DNA of 62,016 nt, filler included. It is 4 parts of 4 records of this genome, joined end to end, with 100 filler letters (N's around TTAATTAATTAA, not from the genome) between each part and the next. Parts side by side here need not be neighbours in the genome. Positions count along the whole stretch, not along the records: positions 1 to 7,746 come from SRR31147125_20462; positions 7,847 to 19,197 come from SRR31147125_20474; 2 more parts are not named here. One strand, 5' to 3'. The notes under the pieces are model-generated. The model was not told the origin of the DNA. It searched no databases and saw only the letters and a program-made list of their open reading frames with translations. This document shows, piece by piece, positions 1-8,455 of this stretch (position 1 is the stretch's first letter; each line of letters opens with the position of its first letter). A program made the position numbers and the translations under genes.

Positions 1-2
1 GA

Positions 3-506
3 AATAGGAAATCATACTATTCAGAAGTTGAAATTCCAAACGGAAAGCATCTAAAGAAAGCCTTACTGCATCAATTGGTTCTTGAAACTGATATTATTAT
101 TAATGTTCCTGTTCTGAAAAAAACAGGAGACAACTCGTTTACAGCCTCAATAAATAATCTTAAAAACTTAATGTGGAATTTTGATGATTTACCGATTGAA
201 AATCAGAATGATTGCTTATTGGATTTATTGCAATATAAAAAACCAACACTAACTATTATCGATGCCAATCGGGTTATTACAAACAATGCACCGTCAGGAA
301 AATCCAAGGAAGATATTTCGTTACTAAGTACTCAAATTCTTTCTACAGATAGCGTTGCAGCAGATGCAGTGGCTGCAAAAAGACTTGGATTGGATGCGAG
401 TAAAGATGCACTTTTACTGCTTGCTCAAAAAAATGGATTTGGGCAAATTCAATTACCCACATATAAAAGCAAAGAAATCATTCTTAAACGTCAAATCGCC
501 AAGTAA
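3..506 (+). CDS. DUF362-family protein, 5'-truncated and motif-degenerate
   Basis: Frame is open from the window start (NRKSYYSEVEIPNGKHLKKALLHQLVLETDIIINVPVLK...STDSVAADAVAAKRLG), matching the DUF362 C-terminal pattern. Confidence 0.7.
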   Translation, partial: NRKSYYSEVEIPNGKHLKKALLHQLVLETDIIINVPVLKKTGDNSFTASINNLKNLMWNFDDLPIENQNDCLLDLLQYKKPTLTIIDANRVITNNAPSGKSKEDISLLSTQILSTDSVAADAVAAKRLGLDASKDALLLLAQKNGFGQIQLPTYKSKEIILKRQIAK

Positions 507-533
507 TTCAAGAGCAAAAATAGATTCATTTGC

Positions 534-541
534 TATATTTG
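534..541 (+). promoter_or_regulatory. Putative Bacteroidota -7 promoter element (TAnnTTTG)
   Basis: TATATTTG just upstream of the EEP gene. Confidence 0.35.
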
Positions 542-569
542 TGATTAAACCAACATGCTATTCTAAACT

Positions 570-1655
570 TTGAAAAAGTTTTTTCGAAATATCTCTTTTT
601 TAATAAACCTGGTTCTTGCCTTAGGAATCTTATTGGCCTACACGTCAGTATATGTTAGCCCAGCTACTTTTTGGCTTTTATCCATTTTTGGGCTATCCTA
701 TCCATTCCTTCTTCTCGGAAATTTATTTTTTATTCTATTGTGGTTATTTTTTAAACCCCGCAATATTCTTTTATCCTTAATAGCCGTATTACTTGGGTAT
801 GGACATTTTAGTAATTATGTGCAATTCAAAGGCAAAGAAACAGAAGAGAAGGGCTTAACTATAACAAGTTTCAATGTGCGGAATTTTGTAGGCGGAAGTT
901 CAACCAACAATACAAATGTGGTTGAAAAAATTTATGAATACCTTCAGAATGAAAATTCTGATATTATTTGTTTACAGGAAGCTAGCTTTAAGCCTTTGCA
1001 ACAAATTCACAAAGCAAATGGAAATGATGTTTCGAAAGTTCCATTTTTCAAGAATATACACTCAAGCAAAAAAGGTGGTCCAATTACATTCTCAAAACAT
1101 CCAATCATTCATAAAGAACAGGTTCGATTCAAGGAATCGAATAACATGATTATTATTTCCGACATTAAGATTAAAGAGGATACCATCAGGTTATTCAATA
1201 CACATTTACAAAGCTATCGGTTTAGCAATGAGGACATAAGTTCTCTTGACTCAATCTCGTTCAAGTTGGAAGAGAAAAACTATAAAGTAATGCGCTACAC
1301 CGGAAGCAAACTTAAAAGAGCGTTTATACAACGAACCGAGCAGGCAGAGATTTTATCGAATCTAATTAAAGAATCTCCTTATAGCGTAATTGTGTGTGGT
1401 GACTTTAACGATACTCCATTGTCCTATTCATACCACACAGTAAGAAAAGGGCTTAAAGATGCTTTTGTTGAATCAGGTTATGGAATTGGAAATACCTATT
1501 TAGGAAATTTGCCATCGATACGGATTGATTACATGCTACATGGAGATAAATTTGACAGCTTCAATTTTCAAGTTGATAAAGTGCAACTTTCAGATCATTA
1601 TCCGATAAAATGTACGTTTATTCCCAGTTCTATGGAAAAAGAAGTTGATGAATAA
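570..1655 (+). CDS. Membrane-anchored endonuclease/exonuclease/phosphatase (EEP) family protein
   Basis: N-terminal TM helices; SFNV, DIICLQE, NTHLQS, CGDFND, RIDY and SDHYP motifs. Confidence 0.9.
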   Translation: MKKFFRNISFLINLVLALGILLAYTSVYVSPATFWLLSIFGLSYPFLLLGNLFFILLWLFFKPRNILLSLIAVLLGYGHFSNYVQFKGKETEEKGLTITSFNVRNFVGGSSTNNTNVVEKIYEYLQNENSDIICLQEASFKPLQQIHKANGNDVSKVPFFKNIHSSKKGGPITFSKHPIIHKEQVRFKESNNMIIISDIKIKEDTIRLFNTHLQSYRFSNEDISSLDSISFKLEEKNYKVMRYTGSKLKRAFIQRTEQAEILSNLIKESPYSVIVCGDFNDTPLSYSYHTVRKGLKDAFVESGYGIGNTYLGNLPSIRIDYMLHGDKFDSFNFQVDKVQLSDHYPIKCTFIPSSMEKEVDE

Positions 1656-1674
1656 TTCAGCCAAAATATCTTAA

Positions 1675-2664
1675 TTAGTCTTTTCTTTTGGCCTTCCAGT
1701 AGCTTCTGAATTTATCCTGACTGATAATACCTACTGGTCCAGATACGAACCCTCCACCTGCATGATCATCAAAAACCCGGATTTCTATCAGGTTATCTTT
1801 GCCGGGTATAATGAATTTCTTTGGGATGATGTAATTTCGAAGCTCTTGATACATTGTTGGTCCTTTGTATGGATAAAATGTACCGGTACCCCCTACTAAC
1901 TTCTCGTTAATATACAATTGATCTACGTCATCAATTTTCCCTGCCATTAAAATCAGTTGCTTAGCTGCAAGTTCATCCGAGATAAAAACATTCTTGTGGT
2001 AAACCGCATAACCATCATATTTATAATAACCCTGATTTTCCCACAAGCCCGGAACTAAAATTGGTTTTGCTCGTTTTTCATCTATATATCTTCCTTTATT
2101 AAACATCCATTCACCTGTAAGATCAATATCAAGAAACGGTACGTTTTCATTTGCTTTAATACTGAATTTGCCAGAAATTAATCCGCCTGCTAATTTGGAA
2201 TCATAAACCCGAACTGCGATCAAGTTTTCTTCATCAAACCTGATATTTTTCCCTGACAACCGATAGGCTCTTTTGGCATCAAAAGCAGTACTAAAATTGG
2301 GAGGGAAAGAGCCTGACCTTCCAATCTTAACACCATTTATATAAACTTCATCAGCATCATCGATATAACCCAGATTCAAAATTAATTCACGGTTTTTAAA
2401 CCTTTCAGGAATATTAACATGAATTCGATACCAAGCATACCCATCGTACCCCTGGAAGCCTTCATTCTCCCATTTTGCAGGTACCTTAATCCTATCCCAA
2501 TCACTATCGTCGTAAGCATTCGTTGCCCACTCCTGCCTATCCCCAACACGAAACATCCAGATACCCTCTAAACTAATCTCATCCGAAGCATTTAATTGCC
2601 CCATTCCCATGAAACCAAATCCAAGGATACAAATCATAAACACTATGTAATTACTCCTCATCAT
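1675..2664 (-). CDS. Secreted protein with two beta-galactosidase jelly-roll (GH2 sugar-binding-like) domains
   Basis: Signal peptide; two copies of W.F...VP..WE..G...YDGYA.Y...G.IDD.D..YIN...R.Y...N.I..RV.D....GG...G; no catalytic barrel. Confidence 0.8.
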   Translation of the reverse strand: MMRSNYIVFMICILGFGFMGMGQLNASDEISLEGIWMFRVGDRQEWATNAYDDSDWDRIKVPAKWENEGFQGYDGYAWYRIHVNIPERFKNRELILNLGYIDDADEVYINGVKIGRSGSFPPNFSTAFDAKRAYRLSGKNIRFDEENLIAVRVYDSKLAGGLISGKFSIKANENVPFLDIDLTGEWMFNKGRYIDEKRAKPILVPGLWENQGYYKYDGYAVYHKNVFISDELAAKQLILMAGKIDDVDQLYINEKLVGGTGTFYPYKGPTMYQELRNYIIPKKFIIPGKDNLIEIRVFDDHAGGGFVSGPVGIISQDKFRSYWKAKRKD

Positions 2665-2673
2665 ACCTCTCTG

Positions 2674-3738
2674 TTAATCCAACAATCTAAGCAGTTCATT
2701 TAAAAAAGATTTCCACCCGTTACCCCAGTTATCATCATAGTTTTTTGTAGAAAGGGATTCTAACTTTTTCCTGTCGATAATCCCGACAGGACCTTCATAA
2801 ATTCCGCCATCTCCATGAACATCTTCAATTTCAATGGCTAGTATATTCTTTTTCTTTAACATCTCGGTTGGAATCCGATAAGCCCGAAACAGTTTATATG
2901 CATCGTTTTTTCGAAATCGTGAATAATCAGGCAAATCTTCAACTTGACCTAGAAATCGACCATTAAGATACACTTTTTCGAAATCGTCAATTTTACCTAA
3001 AATCAAAAATAAATCTTTGTTTATCAAATCCTCAGTCAGCTGAAAACGTTTGCGATACCATGCAGTACCATCAAATTTTGGATGACCTTGACTTTCCCAT
3101 TGCATCGGTACAAATAACTGCTCCCAATGGCTATCATCAAAATTTCCATCTTTATATCCTTTTTCATAATCTGTACTAAACTTCCAATGTCCACTCAAAT
3201 TCAAATCAAGTAAGCTTTCATCCCGGTCATAATATAAACCGATCCGATCCCCTTTGACAATTCCTCCATCTCTGGATTCGTCATAAATACGAATGCAGAT
3301 TACATTACCGTTGGCTTTTAGTATGTTTGCCGGAACCTTGTAGATTCGCTCCCTGTCATAAGCCGTTTCGAAGTATGGTGGGAATTTCCCAGTTTGACCG
3401 ATTTTATGACCATTAATAAAAACTTGATCAACATCATCAATATAGCCTAAGAATAGAGTGAGTGTTTTTATCTCATCTGGATTCTGAACATTAAATGACC
3501 TCCTGTACCAGCCAAATCCATTATACCCTTTGTAATAGCGTTCCCAAACTTTTGGAACTGAAATACGATCCCAATCACGAATATTGGTTTCGGGTTTTGC
3601 CCAAGCCATATCATCTCCAACAGTAAAAAACCAACTACCACGAAGGTCTGCCACTGAACGCCAATCTGCGGCCTCCAACCCCGAAGGGCTGAAAGCCGAC
3701 AGAAAAAGTATAACAAATATAAAAAGCCTATTGGTCAT
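2674..3738 (-). CDS. Secreted protein with two beta-galactosidase jelly-roll domains (paralog of the neighbour)
   Basis: Signal peptide; same repeated motif (GYNGFGWYRR..LGYIDDVDQVFING; FDGTAWYRK..LGKIDDFEKVYLNG). Confidence 0.8.
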   Translation of the reverse strand: MTNRLFIFVILFLSAFSPSGLEAADWRSVADLRGSWFFTVGDDMAWAKPETNIRDWDRISVPKVWERYYKGYNGFGWYRRSFNVQNPDEIKTLTLFLGYIDDVDQVFINGHKIGQTGKFPPYFETAYDRERIYKVPANILKANGNVICIRIYDESRDGGIVKGDRIGLYYDRDESLLDLNLSGHWKFSTDYEKGYKDGNFDDSHWEQLFVPMQWESQGHPKFDGTAWYRKRFQLTEDLINKDLFLILGKIDDFEKVYLNGRFLGQVEDLPDYSRFRKNDAYKLFRAYRIPTEMLKKKNILAIEIEDVHGDGGIYEGPVGIIDRKKLESLSTKNYDDNWGNGWKSFLNELLRLLD

Positions 3739-3795
3739 GAAATTTCTAATTTCTTTAAATTTAGCGAATATCTTTCAATCTAAATAGCTACTGAT

Positions 3796-4161
3796 TTAGC
3801 TTGCTCTATAGCTTAAATGTAAAGCTATTGAGAAAGTTTGTCCTTTTAAAACTGCATCTGCTTTCAAATCACAATTCTTAAAAAAGTGTTTTACATAGTT
3901 TTTGGCATCTAGGTTATTCGTTAATACACGCACAAGAACTAGTTCCTGGTTTTCATCAATGTAAAAAGAGACTTTAAGATCTTCTTTGATATTATTAATA
4001 TCATGATTGTAGAAATAATTGTCAAACTTGTTTACGTCGTTGCTCATTACAGTGCCAATTTCCTGACTCAAAAATCTTTTTGCAGTTTGTACACTTGTAT
4101 CACCTGCAAAACTTACGGTAGCAAATATTGCTACAAATACCATTGTTAAAATTGTTTTCAT
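3796..4161 (-). CDS. Small secreted hypothetical protein
   Basis: Signal peptide MKTILTMVFVAIFATVSFA; first gene of the minus-strand trio. Confidence 0.75.
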   Translation of the reverse strand: MKTILTMVFVAIFATVSFAGDTSVQTAKRFLSQEIGTVMSNDVNKFDNYFYNHDINNIKEDLKVSFYIDENQELVLVRVLTNNLDAKNYVKHFFKNCDLKADAVLKGQTFSIALHLSYRAS

Positions 4162-4242
4162 GACTTTGATTGTTTTAAGTTAAAATGTTTCTGTTTTGTT
4201 TTCATTGTTTACTGCAAAGTAAAGGCACAGATGTAATCTGCG

Positions 4243-4294
4243 TGTCAAAACAAAGTCACACGTTGTGAAAAGATGTCACAGAAATGTCACAGAA
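4243..4294. promoter_or_regulatory. Phased OmpR/PhoB-type direct-repeat boxes
   Basis: Perfect tandem ATGTCACAGAA x2 (4273-4294); GTCA/GTGA cores at 4244, 4255, 4265, 4275 and 4286 (10-11 bp period). Confidence 0.65.
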
Positions 4295-4484
4295 AACTGG
4301 GGGACAAAGGGTAAAAAGGAAACAGGTTTGTATGGAAAATGGTTAAATTCTCATGGCTTAGAATCAAGAAAGGAGCTGAGACAACACATCATCCAAACGC
4401 CGCAATGCAATTTCTAAATTGATGAATGCTGGTGGGACTATTTTTTGCTGTCCATATTTTAAGTTTCTAAAATCGTTCAATTTG

Positions 4485-4997
4485 TCATCTTGAATCCCAT
4501 TCTTTTCTCAAAATACTCATATTATAAACAGATTGAAATTCATTTTCGATTAAAAACGACTCACGAAGCAACCCCTCAATTTTAAATCCGCATTTTTCAT
4601 AACATTTAATAGCGGATATATTAAAATCAAAAACGCCCAAATCAATTCTATGTAATTCTAATTCTCCAAACCCAATTTTTAAAAGTTCATCGATAATTAA
4701 TCTGCCAAATCCTTTATTACGGTCTTTCTCTTCAGCTAAAAGAATTCGACAAAGTCTAGCACTTTTATTCTTATAGTCAATCTGATTAATCTCTCCATGA
4801 CCAATTACCTTATCTGTTATTTGATCAACTACCCGGAAAACTCTTCTATTTTTGGAGGAAATATAGTCTGATAATTGACAACATGTCAACGGATATGTGA
4901 AAATTGATCCTGCAAATTGATACATGAAACTTTCACTGTCAACCCAACCTATAAATCTGTCAAAATCTACTTTTGTAAATTCCTCTAATCTTATCAT
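4485..4997 (-). CDS. GNAT acetyltransferase (RimJ/RimL-like)
   Basis: RNKGFGR acetyl-CoA motif; FDFNISAIKCYEKCGF. Confidence 0.9.
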   Translation of the reverse strand: MIRLEEFTKVDFDRFIGWVDSESFMYQFAGSIFTYPLTCCQLSDYISSKNRRVFRVVDQITDKVIGHGEINQIDYKNKSARLCRILLAEEKDRNKGFGRLIIDELLKIGFGELELHRIDLGVFDFNISAIKCYEKCGFKIEGLLRESFLIENEFQSVYNMSILRKEWDSR

Positions 4998-5058
4998 TCT
5001 ATTTATTTCGTTTCAATTAATTACCATTGCACATAACAAAAAAATAAACGAGCCTTCT

Positions 5059-5739
5059 CTAAACCACCAGTTTATATCCAAGTCCGTGTACTGTAACAAT
5101 GTGTTGTTCTTCGGAAGTATTTATTTTGTTTCGAAGGCGGAGGATAAAATTATCTACTGTTCGTGCTGTTGGTTGGTAATCCATGCCCCATATTTCATCG
5201 AGTATATCATCGCGGGTTACAATTTTCCCTTTGTGTCGGTACAGGTAGTTTAATATCTCAAATTCCTTGTGAGACATTTTCACTGGCTCATTATTAATAA
5301 GTGCCTCAAAGTTATCGAATGAAACTATCAACTGCCCAATCTCAATCCAACTCTGAGCAGATTCAGCCACACTCCCAGTTGATCTTCTCAATATGGTTTT
5401 AATTCGTGCAAGCAATTCACGAAGACTAAATGGCTTGGTCACATAATCGTCTGCACCAATTTCAAGACCGAGCACTTTATCAAGCTCCTCACCCCGGGCG
5501 GTAAGCAAAATAATGGGCGTTTCATTTCCATCTTTCCGGGTCTTTTTACATACATCAAAACCCGACATGCCGGGAAGCATTACATCAAGAAGTACCAAAT
5601 CAAAGCTACCTTCTTTCAACTTTTTATAGCCTTCATCCCCTCTATCAGAAGTATCTACTTCATAGCCTTCAAATTCTAAATTATCACGCAATCCGGTTAG
5701 CATTGCTTCTTCGTCTTCAATAATTAAAATTTTAGGCAT
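5059..5739 (-). CDS. OmpR/PhoB-family response regulator
   Basis: IEDE, LLDVMLP, GADDYVTKPF receiver motifs; winged helix RTVDNFILRLR..TVHGLGY. Confidence 0.95.
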   Translation of the reverse strand: MPKILIIEDEEAMLTGLRDNLEFEGYEVDTSDRGDEGYKKLKEGSFDLVLLDVMLPGMSGFDVCKKTRKDGNETPIILLTARGEELDKVLGLEIGADDYVTKPFSLRELLARIKTILRRSTGSVAESAQSWIEIGQLIVSFDNFEALINNEPVKMSHKEFEILNYLYRHKGKIVTRDDILDEIWGMDYQPTARTVDNFILRLRNKINTSEEQHIVTVHGLGYKLVV

Positions 5740-7281
5740 AACTTTTCTTTTTTACTGGAAACTTTAAAATAAATGTACTGCCTTCGCCTAGCTTGCTCCG
5801 AACAGAAACAGTACCACCATGAGCAATCATCATTTTCTTTACCATATTCAAGCCTAAGCCTGAACCTTTGGCTTTTTGTGCTAGATTTCCTTCGGTAACC
5901 CGATAAAACTGATCGAAAATAAACTTTTGATTTTTCGCTGTAATACCAATTCCGTTGTCCTCAACTTCAAGCAAAATGATTTTTTTCTTTTTCAACAATC
6001 GTATTTTAACCTGCTTATTATTCGTCTTACCATATTTGATCGCATTGTCTACCAGGTTCATCATCATATCTGAAATTGCTTCCTGATCAACTTCAACAAT
6101 TAGCTCTTCTTTAAAAGGCATAAAACTGTATTCAACCCCATTTTCGGTAAGGTGTTTTTTAATAGAATCAATAATTTGAGGAACAATTATATTTAAGTCA
6201 ACCAATCCAAAGTTATATGTTCGTTTGTTTTTCTCAATTCGTGAAAAATTCAATATCCGGTTTACAATATCGGTTAGCCTGACACTCTCAGAATGAATGG
6301 TTTTGAGATATTCCACTTGCTTCTCTTCAGTTTTTACTCGCTTAAGCATTAGCGTTTCTGCATACATGCTAATTAGCGCCAGTGGAGTGCGAATTTCGTG
6401 TGAAACATTTGAAACAAACTCTGATTTTAATTCTGCCAATTTCATCTCACGACGAATACTCCAAATTACGAAACCCAAACCAAATAACACAACTAAAGTC
6501 ATCCCCCACAAGATGTAGCTACTTTGCTGACTTCGTTCCAAAGCCATCTCTTTTACTGTTTTTACTTTAAGTCGAATTCCAGCTTTATGATGTGATAGAT
6601 ACCACAAATCGGTACTATGAGATGGTGGACTTTCCCATTTATATTCCGGAATGAGTTCTGAAGTATAAATCAGTTTTTTTGAGAGCGTATCACGAATCTC
6701 AATGAAAAAATATTTTGAGACATCTGCTGTATTTTTGATCCCAAATTCTGTTCAATATATGAAAGTGGATCAATCAGAAACTGACAAAGAATCTGATTTT
6801 CATTGTTTTTTAATAAAAAATAAAGCTGAATTTTACCCCCTGAGGTAACGCTTTCAACTTTCTGATAATTGGCCTCGATGTATTCTTTAAGCTTTCCAAT
6901 TTTATCTTCTGCCGGTGTCTCAAAAATTAAAGCTCCCGTTTTGTTCTTCGAATAAGTAACCGGATTATCACCCCACGATAAATTCAAGAATCTAACTGCT
7001 TCAATACTTGGATTATTATCCATTAAATTTTCTATCAATACTTCCATTAGGTCGCTATTGACAGGAACAGGCTGATCAACGCTTTGTGCCCAGCGGGAAA
7101 CAAGACTTTCTGAATATTGATTTAGTGACAAAAGGATTGATTCCAGTTGTGTGTCAAAAACCCGTTCAACCATTGCTTCATTTTCATCTAGAGTTGATAA
7201 TTCCCGGGTCAGGTAAAAACCCAAAGGCAATGAAACAATAATGAGCAAAATGATACTTATTCTAACAATGGTACGGCTCAT
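5732..7281 (-). pseudogene. Sensor histidine kinase split by a 1-nt frameshift near 6674-6710 (probably a sequencing error)
   Basis: ORF 6670-7281 gives TM1 plus periplasmic domain. The kinase frame is open upstream of 6607 (FIEIRDTLSKKLIYTSE...DLWY) and carries TM2, SHEIRTPL, NLVDNAIKY, DNGIGI and GSGLGL. One added base gives about 516 aa. Confidence 0.85.
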
Positions 7282-7337
7282 CTTTAAATTTTACTTTCAA
7301 TAACAGTCTGAATCAATTCAATAAAATTACACAGAAA

Positions 7338-7746
7338 TTATTCAATACTTTCAATAATTCCCTTAACCATCCTATTCAAATCAAATTCTCCTTTTTTTGA
7401 ATAGCCAGTACGAACAATCACCAACTCTTTTGATGGGATAACGACAATGAACTGTCCATCATGACCTCTGCACAAATAAGTATCATCAGGAGCATCAGGT
7501 AAATCATTCGTTCCATTAAGCCAGAAAAAAGCACCATATTGTCCTCGGGAACCATTGGAACTTGCAGTTGAGTAGTTAACCCAACCTTCCGGCAGAAGCT
7601 GCTTTCCATTCCACACTCCTTCATTTAAGTACAATAATCCAAAACGTGCATAATCACGCATAGTCGCATATAAATAAGAAGACCCAACAAAAGTACCCGA
7701 TGCATCTACTTCAAAAATTGCACTTCGCATGCCAATCTTATTAAAA
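7338..7746 (-). CDS. Serine hydrolase (class C beta-lactamase-like), 5'-truncated by the contig edge
   Basis: ATMRDYARFGLLYLNEGVWNGKQLLPEGWV, GHDGQFIVVIPSKELVIVR. Confidence 0.85.
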
Positions 7747-7846
7747 NNNNNNNNNNNNNNNNNNNNNNNNNNNNNNNNNNNNNNNNNNNNTTAATTAATT
7801 AANNNNNNNNNNNNNNNNNNNNNNNNNNNNNNNNNNNNNNNNNNNN
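7747..7846. other. Artificial contig linker
   Basis: N44-TTAATTAATTAA-N44 (stops in all frames). Confidence 0.98.
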
Positions 7847-7848
7847 GG

Positions 7849-8361
7849 GAAGTGACCACATTTACGAATACCATTGATAACCTCATCGTCTGGAGATTGG
7901 GAAGTTTTGAGACATTTTCGCCATATAATACAGACGCTGAGATTAGTGGAACAGAATATTCGTTTGCATATATAATACCGGACGACCTGATAGAACTGAA
8001 TTTAGGCTATTCTCATATTAAAGCAAAAAACAAGAGCTCTCGTTTAACGGTGCATGACAAATTCATTCCTTATCGTCCCGAATTTTCCCTGAAAAGCAAT
8101 TTTATCTTAAATTACAAACAGTGGCATTGCAAAGTATTCTATCAATGGGTTGGCAAAAGGTATGTTACAGAGTCGAATACGATTGAAATGCCATCCTACC
8201 ATGTGTGGGATCTAACTGTTTCCTGGGCTCAGCATATTGGTCCTTTTGATGTGCTTTGGAAAGGAGCTGTATTTAATTTAGCCAATAAAGAGTATCAAAT
8301 TATAGAGGATATGCCATTACCACCGCGGGAATGGCGAATCGGATTTTCACTGCAATTATAA
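7849..8361 (+). CDS. TonB-dependent receptor C-terminal barrel (BtuB-like), 5'-truncated
   Basis: IDNLIVW, IPYRPE, VFNLANKEYQIIEDMPLPPREWRIGF terminal strands. Confidence 0.8.
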   Translation, partial: EVTTFTNTIDNLIVWRLGSFETFSPYNTDAEISGTEYSFAYIIPDDLIELNLGYSHIKAKNKSSRLTVHDKFIPYRPEFSLKSNFILNYKQWHCKVFYQWVGKRYVTESNTIEMPSYHVWDLTVSWAQHIGPFDVLWKGAVFNLANKEYQIIEDMPLPPREWRIGFSLQL

Positions 8362-8455
8362 TATCAATTTATTAATATTTTAAACATGATCTGTAAAGGG
8401 ATTGGATAATGTTAACTAGTTACATTAAATAAAGAACAAAACGGAGGAAGATAAG

